32,000 bases of DNA, taken from contig NC_004459.3 in assembly GCF_000039765.1 (NCBI RefSeq), positions 840,001 through 872,000 of the forward strand, read 5' to 3'. Of the stretch, positions 8,270-15,547 are shown one piece after another. How positions within the stretch are numbered: position 1 is the stretch's first letter; each line of letters starts with the position of its first letter. A program made the translations under genes and the position numbers. This stretch comes from Vibrio vulnificus CMCP6. Lineage in GTDB: Bacteria; Pseudomonadota; Gammaproteobacteria; Enterobacterales; Vibrionaceae. The notes below the pieces were generated by a model. The model was given only the letters and a program-made list of their open reading frames with translations. It ran no database searches and was not told where the DNA came from.

Positions 8270-9295
8270 TTAAGCTCCAAACTTCACACGAGGATCGACC
8301 AGCGCAACACAAACATCGGAAATGATATTTCCTAGCAGGAGAAGCACCGCATTAATTGCCACAATACCCATTACAACAGGATAATCACGCTCAATGATCG
8401 ACTCATAGCCTAATAAGCCTATGCCATCGATATTGAAAATAACCTCAATTAAGAACGCACCAGTCATAAAGAAGAGTAAGGAATTACCAAAATGGCTCGC
8501 GATAGGAATTAAACTATTTCGTAAAGCGTGTTTGCGTACTGCCGTTTTAAACGGCAAGCCTTTGGCGATTGCGGTACGAATATAATCCGATGACAAGTTC
8601 TCCATCAGGTTATTTTTCATCGTCAATGTCAACGTGGCAAAGTCACCAATCAAATAACAGATAAGTGGCAATACCGCGTGCCACATGACGTCTTTCGCAC
8701 GCTCAAAAAACGTCTCCAAATCATCAAAATCATCGCCGACAAAGCCCCCCATCGGGAACCATTCCAAATGGTAGGAAAAGAGTGTGATCAGCAGAACACC
8801 CACCACATAACCGGGCAGCGCATAGCCAACAAAAATTAGAATCGACGAGGCGGAATCAAAAACCGAACCATGCCGAAGCGCTTTGTAATAGCCCAGTGGA
8901 ATAGAAATGAAGTAACTGATAAAAAAGGTCATTCCACCGTAGAAGAGGGAAACCGGAAGACGCTCTGCGATCATGTCTCCCACCGGTTCGTAATAGCGAG
9001 TGGACTCGCCGAAATCTAACCTAACCAGCTTGCTTAGCCAATCCAAATACGCCTGTGCAACAGGTTTATCCAAACCATAAAAGGCATTGAGTTCCGCCAT
9101 TTGCTCTTCAGACAGTGCCGAGTTGCCCCCGGCAGTGGTCATGGCCGCAGCACCGTCGCCTTGTGCCTGCATTTTAGACAGCATGCGTTCCACTGGACCA
9201 CCAGGAACAAAACGGGTAATAGCAAAGATAAGAATAGTAATTCCTAGGAAAGTAGGAATGACCAGCGCCAGTCGGCGCAGAAAATATGACAGCAT
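8270..9295 (-). CDS. ABC transporter permease (YejB/DppB-like)
   Basis: The protein resembles E. coli YejB along its length, with MLSYFLRRLALVIPTF... against YLIRRLLLVIPTL, and ...DYIRTAIAKGL...LIEVIFNIDGIGLLGYESIIERDYPVV against [27 protein letters not shown]. The ATG at 9295 has GGAG 9 nt upstream, whereas the TTG at 9301 is too close to that GGAG. Confidence 0.88.
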   Translation of the reverse strand: MLSYFLRRLALVIPTFLGITILIFAITRFVPGGPVERMLSKMQAQGDGAAAMTTAGGNSALSEEQMAELNAFYGLDKPVAQAYLDWLSKLVRLDFGESTRYYEPVGDMIAERLPVSLFYGGMTFFISYFISIPLGYYKALRHGSVFDSASSILIFVGYALPGYVVGVLLITLFSYHLEWFPMGGFVGDDFDDLETFFERAKDVMWHAVLPLICYLIGDFATLTLTMKNNLMENLSSDYIRTAIAKGLPFKTAVRKHALRNSLIPIASHFGNSLLFFMTGAFLIEVIFNIDGIGLLGYESIIERDYPVVMGIVAINAVLLLLGNIISDVCVALVDPRVKFGA

Positions 9296-9639
9296 ATACA
9301 ACTACTCCATGTCGACTGCCTATAAATTAGAGTTTGTTAAATTAATAAATAATCAAATTCTAACTTATCTAGAGAATTAGGAACTTAATTGAAATAAGTC
9401 GGTCGAAATGTTCATCCTGAACAGCTTCAATCTCTGGAATTCAAGTTCAACGCCAGATATTAAGCGCCATATGTATCTTGAAATAACCAAAGCTTCAAGT
9501 ATTTGTGATGAAAGCATGACAAATTACCAACCACATCTAAATTCTATAAATAAATTTGTAAAAAAATATAAAAGACTGCTCATTTTCCAATCACAGAATA
9601 TCAAACTGTAATGAATGGGGCTTTTGCACTACATAAAAA

Positions 9640-9651
9640 TGCAATATTGCA
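9640..9651. promoter_or_regulatory. Perfect 12-bp palindrome TGCAATATTGCA in the divergent control region (candidate operator)
   Basis: The sequence was read directly and is its own reverse complement. TTGCAC occurs at 9624-9629 and again at 9647-9652, 23 bp apart. Confidence 0.3.
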
Positions 9652-9823
9652 CAATAAACAGTCAGCCATTCTAACAGTTAAAAAACGCAAAAACCATGAT
9701 GAGCCCTTATGATACAAGGGGTATCATAATTTGATACCACCAGACTCATCTTACCAGTTTGCACAAAAATGAAGCATAAAACATCATTCAGTTTAAAGCT
9801 TCAGCCAAATGAGATTAATCAAC

Positions 9824-9991
9824 ACATTTCACTACAATAGATCCACCCTCCAACACATACCATTAGATAATGCGCACAACACAAAATACGGTGTTTTATT
9901 GAAACATTTCACAATAAAGTGCGCCAAATCACAGATAATCATGCTGTATATATAACTTAATTTAAAATTTTACATATTTTTTACATTTCAT
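9824..9991 (+). repeat. Three spaced copies of ACATTTCA(C/T)
   Basis: ACATTTCAC occurs at 9824-9832 and at 9904-9912, and ACATTTCAT at 9983-9991. The spacing is 80 and 79 bp. Copies 1 and 2 also share flanking A-rich context (aACATTTCACtAcAAta and aACATTTCACaAtAAag). Confidence 0.6.
9918..9933. promoter_or_regulatory. CRP-like site AGTGC-N6-TCACA
   Basis: The site matches the TGTGA-N6-TCACA core at 8 of 10 positions. The GTG triplet and the whole right half are intact. A TATATATAA run follows at 9947-9955. Confidence 0.3.
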
Positions 9992-10011
9992 TAGCCGTGC
10001 ATCCCACTGGT

Positions 10012-10041
10012 TTGACTTGCAAAATTCATCTCATGTATATC
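10012..10041 (+). promoter_or_regulatory. Candidate sigma70 promoter for the TonB-dependent receptor gene
   Basis: TTGACT (10012-10017), an 18-nt spacer and TATATC (10036-10041) form the candidate. The -10 lacks the conserved final T, so the call is weak. Confidence 0.3.
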
Positions 10042-10047
10042 TGTCGC

Positions 10048-10069
10048 GAAACGTTAACGAAACATTAAC
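10048..10069 (+). repeat. Tandem 11-bp direct repeat GAAACGTTAAC / GAAACATTAAC in the receptor leader
   Basis: The two units match at 10 of 11 positions. The first unit overlaps the perfect palindrome CGTTAACG (10052-10059). The repeat lies 60-80 bp upstream of the ATG at 10129. Confidence 0.7.
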
Positions 10070-10109
10070 GTCACATTTGGTCGTCGTTCAGACCAAACAT
10101 AGGAATTAA

Positions 10110-10129
10110 GCAACACGGAGCAACACGGA
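10110..10129 (+). repeat. Perfect 10-bp tandem duplication GCAACACGGA x2 abutting the receptor start codon
   Basis: The units occupy 10110-10119 and 10120-10129. The junction creates GGAG (10117-10120), the likely Shine-Dalgarno sequence. The last A of unit 2 is the A of the ATG. Confidence 0.8.
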
Positions 10130-12717
10130 TGTATAAAAACACAACAGCCTTATCCGTTGCGATCAGCCTTGCATTGGGTACAGCAGCCATGTCCCCGATA
10201 GCTTTCGCAGAAGAGCAGCAAGTCGAGCAACTACAAAAGATGAAAGTCACCGGTTCACGAATCTCAACCACTGAGATGGAAGGACCTTCTCCTGTCACCG
10301 TCATTACCAGCAAAGATATTGCGGCGAAAGGTTTTAACAGCGCACAAGACATTCTCAACAGCTTGACGCAAAACACAGGTGGTACACTCGCGCAAACCAA
10401 CTCATTCTCGTTCACTCCTGCAGCACAGTCCGTTAACCTTCGTGGTCTAGGCGCTTCACGTACGTTGATTTTGATCGATGGCCGTCGCATGCCGCAGTAC
10501 CCACTGGCACAAAACGGCGTTTCAAACTTCCAAGACATCGGCCAAATCCCTGTATCAGCGATTGAGCGTGTGGAAGTAATGACTGACTCAGGTTCGGCCA
10601 TCTACGGTTCTGATGCGATCGGCGGTGTGGTTAACTTTATCCTCAAGAAAGACTTCGACGGCGTGTCAGTGAAGGCGCGTTATGGCGATGCCACTGAAGG
10701 TGGCTACGAAAACGGCCGTCTTGATATCGTTGCGGGTAAAGACATGGAAGATAAGCGTGTTTTGTTTGTTGCGCAGTTAGCGGGCAACGAAATGCTGCAA
10801 CAAAGCGACAGAAGCTGGGCGGGTGACGATAACTCTGATCGCTCTGCCTTTGGCGCTTACTCTAGCTACGGTGCGAGCTTTGTTGAAAAAGGCACCGGCA
10901 ACGTTCTAACACCTGCGGTCAATGGTAAAACGTGTCAAGACGTTGTGGGGGAACATGGTATCGATCGCGCCGATGGCAAGTGTGGCTTTAACCGCTCAGC
11001 GTATCGCTCCTTAAAACCAGAAAACAAACAAGTCGACCTACTACTTCGTGGTGAAATGGATCTTAATGATGATCTGACTGCGATGGCAGAAGCGCGTTTC
11101 GGTTACAAATCTACCTCTTCCATTTTCGAACCGAACCCATACGACGTTGAAACAGACGCAAAGCACTCACGTGGTGAAGGTAAATACACTCGTCGTTTGG
11201 TGGAATTTGGCCCACGTGAAAGCAATACGGAAGCGAACGCATTTGGCTTGACCACAGGTTTAACTGGTTTACTGGCAAATACCTACGATTGGGAAGTGTA
11301 CGCCAGTTACTCTGAGCAAAAAGTCGAGACCGACAACCCTGCAGTGTTGAACACTCTCGATCAAGCGGTTCAAAACGGTTACATCGACCTACTCGATACG
11401 ATCTCTGCTGCCGACGTTGCCAAATACAGCGGCCGCTCAACCAAAGAAGCGTACTCAAAACTCTACTCCATCAATGGCTCACTTGCTGGCGATCTAGTGG
11501 AACTGCCTGCCGGCATGTCTGGCTTTGCGGTTTACGGTGAATGGAACCGTACCGATTACAACGAATCTATCGATGCGATCACCAAATCAGGCGGATTCTC
11601 TGGTCTAGGCGGCACCTCTGGTGGTGGTGAGCGTGATCAAATCGGTTTAGGTGTGGAAGTGCTTATTCCAGTACTGGAAGACCTAGAAGTGACGCTAGCG
11701 GGTCGTTATGACCACTACTTTGATGATTCAGCAACTGGCGGTGCCTTTACACCGAAAGCGTCGATCGCTTACCGTCCTACCGATACCCTATTGCTACGTG
11801 GTAGCTACGGCCTTGGTTTCCGCGCACCAGACCTAAAACGTCTGTTTGGTGAAGAGACCAAAGCGTTTGGCTCAGGCTTCGATCCACAACTTTGTGCTTC
11901 TGTCGGCGGTACTGGCCCTAACGACACCATTCCTGAGTGTTCAACACAGTACTTTGATACGGTAAACGGTCCAAACGCCGAGCTTGAAGAAGAAACCAGC
12001 ACCAACATCAACTTGGGCCTAGCGTGGGAACCTGTGGATGATCTTGGTTTAACCGTTGACTGGTACCACATCAAAATGGAAAACGTGGTATCCGCACCTT
12101 CTTACCAAGACGTTATCAACGATCCGTCAAAGTACCCAGGTACCCAAGTGGTTCGTAACCCAGATGGCACCATCAAAACCGTTATTTATGGCCCAGTAAA
12201 CCAAGCGTTTGAAACTCGCTCGGGTATCGACTTGTCATTGGGTTATGCGTACGACACGGTGAGCATGGGTTCATTCTCAACCAAGTTCTCTATCACTAAG
12301 ATCTTGATTGCAGAATCTCAAGAAAGCAGCAGTGAGCCAGTGATCGATGAGCGTGACTTCCTACCGGAATACACCGCGACATTGAACCTAGGCTGGGCAT
12401 ACCAAGACGTGAACGTGAACCTATTTGGTAAGTTCCGCGACGAGATGTGTACAAGTTACGCGAACGACTACTACTTCGAAGATTGTGATGCAGCGAAAAA
12501 AGCGGGTTACGAAACCAAGATCTCTAGTATGACAACGTGGAACCTAACAACGTCTTACCAATTCAACGAAAGTGGTCGTGTCACTCTAGGCATCATCAAC
12601 ATGTTTGATAAAGAGCCGCCAAAAGATCCTCTAAACGACACTTCTCCTTTCTACGCAGACACTTATGACGATCCAATTGGTCGCCAAGTGTATGTTGAGG
12701 CGTCTTACGACTTCTAG
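10129..12717 (+). CDS. TonB-dependent outer-membrane receptor (862 aa), substrate unknown
   Basis: The protein has a signal peptide (MYKNTTALSVAISLALGTAAMSPIAFA). A plug region follows (KMKVTGSRIS...VTVITSKDI...NLRGLGASRTLILIDGRR...IERVEVMTDSGSAIYGSDAIGGVVNFI). The long barrel ends in the typical aromatic terminus YVEASYDF. There is no N-terminal signalling (STN) extension. Confidence 0.92.
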   Translation: MYKNTTALSVAISLALGTAAMSPIAFAEEQQVEQLQKMKVTGSRISTTEMEGPSPVTVITSKDIAAKGFNSAQDILNSLTQNTGGTLAQTNSFSFTPAAQSVNLRGLGASRTLILIDGRRMPQYPLAQNGVSNFQDIGQIPVSAIERVEVMTDSGSAIYGSDAIGGVVNFILKKDFDGVSVKARYGDATEGGYENGRLDIVAGKDMEDKRVLFVAQLAGNEMLQQSDRSWAGDDNSDRSAFGAYSSYGASFVEKGTGNVLTPAVNGKTCQDVVGEHGIDRADGKCGFNRSAYRSLKPENKQVDLLLRGEMDLNDDLTAMAEARFGYKSTSSIFEPNPYDVETDAKHSRGEGKYTRRLVEFGPRESNTEANAFGLTTGLTGLLANTYDWEVYASYSEQKVETDNPAVLNTLDQAVQNGYIDLLDTISAADVAKYSGRSTKEAYSKLYSINGSLAGDLVELPAGMSGFAVYGEWNRTDYNESIDAITKSGGFSGLGGTSGGGERDQIGLGVEVLIPVLEDLEVTLAGRYDHYFDDSATGGAFTPKASIAYRPTDTLLLRGSYGLGFRAPDLKRLFGEETKAFGSGFDPQLCASVGGTGPNDTIPECSTQYFDTVNGPNAELEEETSTNINLGLAWEPVDDLGLTVDWYHIKMENVVSAPSYQDVINDPSKYPGTQVVRNPDGTIKTVIYGPVNQAFETRSGIDLSLGYAYDTVSMGSFSTKFSITKILIAESQESSSEPVIDERDFLPEYTATLNLGWAYQDVNVNLFGKFRDEMCTSYANDYYFEDCDAAKKAGYETKISSMTTWNLTTSYQFNESGRVTLGIINMFDKEPPKDPLNDTSPFYADTYDDPIGRQVYVEASYDF

Positions 12718-12742
12718 ATAGCAACACTTTGTAAACCCTTTT

Positions 12743-12769
12743 GGCGCGGGAAATGCCCGCGCCCTTTTC
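12743..12769 (+). terminator. Rho-independent terminator or attenuator between the receptor gene and ttpB
   Basis: An 8-bp GC-rich stem GGCGCGGG / CCCGCGCC (12743-12750 with 12756-12763) has a 5-nt loop and is followed by CTTTTC. It lies inside the over-extended 12741 ORF start. Confidence 0.7.
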
Positions 12770-12800
12770 GACTGACAAAAACACTGACAAGGATGCAACC

Positions 12801-13565
12801 ATGACGTTAAAGAAATTTGGCGTGAGTGCACTCACCGCAGCGATGCTGAGCCTAACAGGCAGCGCGTTAGCCGCAGACGCAGGAAGCGTGATTTCCACTC
12901 AGGCAGGCACCAATAAAGCCGCTCAAGTCTCTCAAGACAAAATCGATGGCTACGCGGATAGTACCGACACCATGCTCGCCGAATACAAGGCCATCATGCG
13001 CCAAGTAGACAGCATGAAAGTCTACAACGAGCAGATCAATCGCATGGTGCAATCGCAGCAAGGCGAACTGGATTCATTAGATCGCCAAATCGCGCAGATT
13101 GACCAAACCGCGATGGAAGTGGTGCCACTGACTTTAAAAATGATTGATGCGCTCGACGAAATCGTCACGCTCGATCTGCCGTTCCAAACCAAAGAACGCA
13201 ACAAACGAATCAACGAACTACGCGAACTAATGGATCGCGCAGACGTCACCACCTCGGAAAAATTCCGCAAAGTGATGGAAGCGTACCAAATCGAAGAAGG
13301 CTTCTCTCGTTCCATCGAATCTTACAAAGCCAGCTTAGATCGCAATGGTGAAGTGGTGACTTACGACTTCCTACGCATTGGTCGTACTGCGTTGCTTTAC
13401 CAATCGCCAGACGGTGTTGAAACCGGTATGTGGAACCAGCAAACCCGCCAATGGGAAGCGCTGCCTGAAAGCTACCGTATTGCCGTGCAGCAAGGAATTC
13501 GTATCGCGAAGAAACAAGCGCCACCGGCTCTGATCAAATTGCCAGTGTTTGCTGGGGAGGAATAA
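12801..13565 (+). CDS. ttpB: DUF3450-type periplasmic coiled-coil protein of TonB2/TonB3 clusters (TtpB-like)
   Basis: The ATG at 12801 has AAGGA 7 nt upstream and gives the signal peptide MTLKKFGVSALTAAMLSLTGSALA. The body is coiled-coil rich. Its position immediately upstream of the large MotA/ExbB-like gene matches the Vibrio TonB2-type operon layout as I recall it. Confidence 0.75.
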   Translation: MTLKKFGVSALTAAMLSLTGSALAADAGSVISTQAGTNKAAQVSQDKIDGYADSTDTMLAEYKAIMRQVDSMKVYNEQINRMVQSQQGELDSLDRQIAQIDQTAMEVVPLTLKMIDALDEIVTLDLPFQTKERNKRINELRELMDRADVTTSEKFRKVMEAYQIEEGFSRSIESYKASLDRNGEVVTYDFLRIGRTALLYQSPDGVETGMWNQQTRQWEALPESYRIAVQQGIRIAKKQAPPALIKLPVFAGEE

Positions 13566-13567
13566 TC

Positions 13568-14929
13568 ATGAAAGGATTCAAAACCATCGCCGCCGCACTG
13601 CTGGCTAGCCTGTTTATGGTCTCCAGCGCGCATGCGGAAGCACCAAAATCACTCAACGAACTGCTCAAGAACGTCAAATCGGAAAGCATCGTTGAGTCAA
13701 AAGAAAACAAAGCGCGTGAGCAAGAATTTCTTGCCGACCGCAACAAACAAGCGGAGCTGCTCAAGCAGGCAAAAGCCCAACTCAAAGCCGAAACGGCACT
13801 GGGTGAGCAACTGAAAGCCACCTTTGACGACAACGACAAAAAGCTGACCGAACTGACTGAAACGTTACGCCAACGTTCAGGCACTTTGGGCGAAATGTTT
13901 GGCGTGGTTCGTCAGTATGCGGGTGAATTCAAAGGCCTATTCAACGCCTCTCAGAACGCAGTTCAGTTTCCACAACGTGACGCTTTGCTCACCAAACTGG
14001 CCGAGAGTAAAGAGCTGCCTTCCACCGAAGAACTCGAGTCGTTCTGGCACACCGTGCTGCAACAGATCATTGTGTCTGGGGAAACCTCAACCACACCTGC
14101 AACCGTGGTTTACGGCGAAGGTAAAGAAGCCGTACGTGATGTCACCTTGGTGGGTGAATTTAACGCCATCGCTGATGGCAAATACGTTACCTACGTCCCT
14201 CAAACCGGCAAGTTCGAAGAGTTGTCTCGTCAACCACGTGCCAATATCACCCGTCATGTAGCGGGATTTGAATCCACCTCTTCAAGCTATGAGCCGCTAT
14301 TTATTGACCCTTCTCGCGGCGTCATTTTATCTCTCTTGGTACAAAGCCCCACCGTAAAAGAACGCATCGACCAAGGTGGTATCGTGGGTTACGTGATTCT
14401 CGCCATGGGTGCATTAGGCGCATTGATTGCCCTATTCTGTTACCTACGTTTACTGGTGATCGGCGGCAAGATGCGTAAGCAAGCCAAATCTGATGCGGTG
14501 ATTGAAGGCAACCCACTGGGTGAAGTGATTCAAGCGTATCAAGATCACAAAGGCGACAACTTGGAAGATCTAGAAGCGAAACTGGATGAAATCATTCTAC
14601 GCAACGCGCCTAAGATCGAGCGATTCATTGTCTCCATCAAACTGTTTGCTTCCGTTGCGCCACTACTGGGCCTCTTGGGTACGGTAATGGGGATGATCGG
14701 CACCTTCCAAGCGATCACTCTCTTTGGTACTGGCGATCCGAAACTGATGGCCGGCGGTATCTCGGAAGCACTCGTGACCACCATGCTTGGTCTGGTTGTG
14801 GCCATCCCACTGCTGTTCTTCTACACCTTAGTACACAGTAAAGGCCGTCGTTTAGTGCAAACCCTTGAAGAGCAAAGCGCTGGCTTTATTGCTCGCTACC
14901 AGGAAAAACTGCACACAGCCGAACGCTAA
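13568..14929 (+). CDS. ttpC: Large MotA/TolQ/ExbB-family proton-channel protein (TtpC-like, 453 aa)
   Basis: The protein has a signal peptide (MKGFKTIAAALLASLFMVSSAHA) and a long periplasmic N-domain. The C-terminal 3-TM channel domain carries LLGLLGTVMGMIGTFQAI. GGAGGA lies upstream of the start, which is 2 nt after the ttpB stop. Confidence 0.85.
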   Translation: MKGFKTIAAALLASLFMVSSAHAEAPKSLNELLKNVKSESIVESKENKAREQEFLADRNKQAELLKQAKAQLKAETALGEQLKATFDDNDKKLTELTETLRQRSGTLGEMFGVVRQYAGEFKGLFNASQNAVQFPQRDALLTKLAESKELPSTEELESFWHTVLQQIIVSGETSTTPATVVYGEGKEAVRDVTLVGEFNAIADGKYVTYVPQTGKFEELSRQPRANITRHVAGFESTSSSYEPLFIDPSRGVILSLLVQSPTVKERIDQGGIVGYVILAMGALGALIALFCYLRLLVIGGKMRKQAKSDAVIEGNPLGEVIQAYQDHKGDNLEDLEAKLDEIILRNAPKIERFIVSIKLFASVAPLLGLLGTVMGMIGTFQAITLFGTGDPKLMAGGISEALVTTMLGLVVAIPLLFFYTLVHSKGRRLVQTLEEQSAGFIARYQEKLHTAER

Positions 14930-14938
14930 GGAGGCGCT

Positions 14939-15466
14939 ATGTGGTGGTTAATTGAAGAGTTAGAGTCCATCAGACGATTCCTTGGCATGGGTGGCGACGT
15001 ATTGGTCGCGATCTTTGTCCTCAGCTTCATGCTGTGGGTCGTTTTGCTGGAACGCTGGTTCTACTTTATCGCCGTCGCTCCTCGTGCCATGAAGCAAGCT
15101 CTTGCCACTTGGACCGAGCGCACGGAGCACACCAGCTGGAACGCCAGAATGATCAGACAGGAGATCATCTCCCGTCAGGATATCGAGAATAAAAAAGGGT
15201 TACCGATCGTCAAAGTGTTGATCGCCCTCTGTCCACTGCTTGGTCTTTTAGGCACCGTGGTGGGCATGATTCAAGTATTCGATATTTTGGCCATCGTCGG
15301 AACAGGAAGCCCTCGCGCCATGGCGTCAGGGATCTCAAAGGCAACCATTCCAACACTTGCAGGAATGGTGGCATCGCTATCGGGGTTGTTCTTTAGCACC
15401 CGCTTAGATCACTTAGCGAAAGTCACCACTCGTAAACTGGAAGATAAGTTGAAGCATATTGCCTAA
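14939..15466 (+). CDS. exbB: ExbB (MotA/TolQ/ExbB proton channel, 175 aa)
   Basis: It has the channel motif PLLGLLGTVVGMIQVF and three predicted TM segments. AAGGAGG lies 5 nt upstream of the start. Confidence 0.88.
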   Translation: MWWLIEELESIRRFLGMGGDVLVAIFVLSFMLWVVLLERWFYFIAVAPRAMKQALATWTERTEHTSWNARMIRQEIISRQDIENKKGLPIVKVLIALCPLLGLLGTVVGMIQVFDILAIVGTGSPRAMASGISKATIPTLAGMVASLSGLFFSTRLDHLAKVTTRKLEDKLKHIA

Positions 15467-15519
15467 TACCAATGGCAGAGCGATCGCCTTTTCTCTCTAT
15501 CGCTCTGGCTGATTTGGTA
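15467..15519 (+). other. Imperfect extended hairpin in the 81-nt exbB-exbD spacer
   Basis: CAGAGCGAT (15476-15484) pairs with ATCGCTCTG (15499-15507) across a 14-nt pyrimidine-rich loop. An outer pair, TACCAA (15467-15472) with TTGGTA (15514-15519), extends the structure. Confidence 0.45.
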
Positions 15520-15547
15520 TCAATAAATGGAATTAGAGGTATAGGTC

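Noticed and set aside
9408-9611. A 67-aa ORF inside the AT-rich intergenic region
   Set aside because: It has no Shine-Dalgarno sequence upstream (aataagtcggtcgaaATG). Its composition is extremely AT-rich with Asn/Lys/Ile-biased codons, as expected from random AT-rich DNA. It has no signal peptide or TM segment. It is most likely spurious, though a small protein cannot be excluded without Ribo-seq.
9866-9946. Fur boxes (GATAATG at 9866-9872; GATAATCAT at 9934-9942) upstream of the TonB-dependent receptor
   Set aside because: The best alignment to the 19-bp Fur consensus is only about 11 of 19, with poor flanks. GATAAT-like strings are expected in AT-rich DNA. They are recorded only as a weak possibility inside another finding.
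10060-10078. TCACATTT (10071-10078), identical to the right half of the extended CRP consensus
   Set aside because: The corresponding left half, 6 nt upstream (AAACA), matches TGTGA at only 1 of 5 positions, so this is not a CRP dimer site. It is counted instead as a partial copy of the ACATTT motif.
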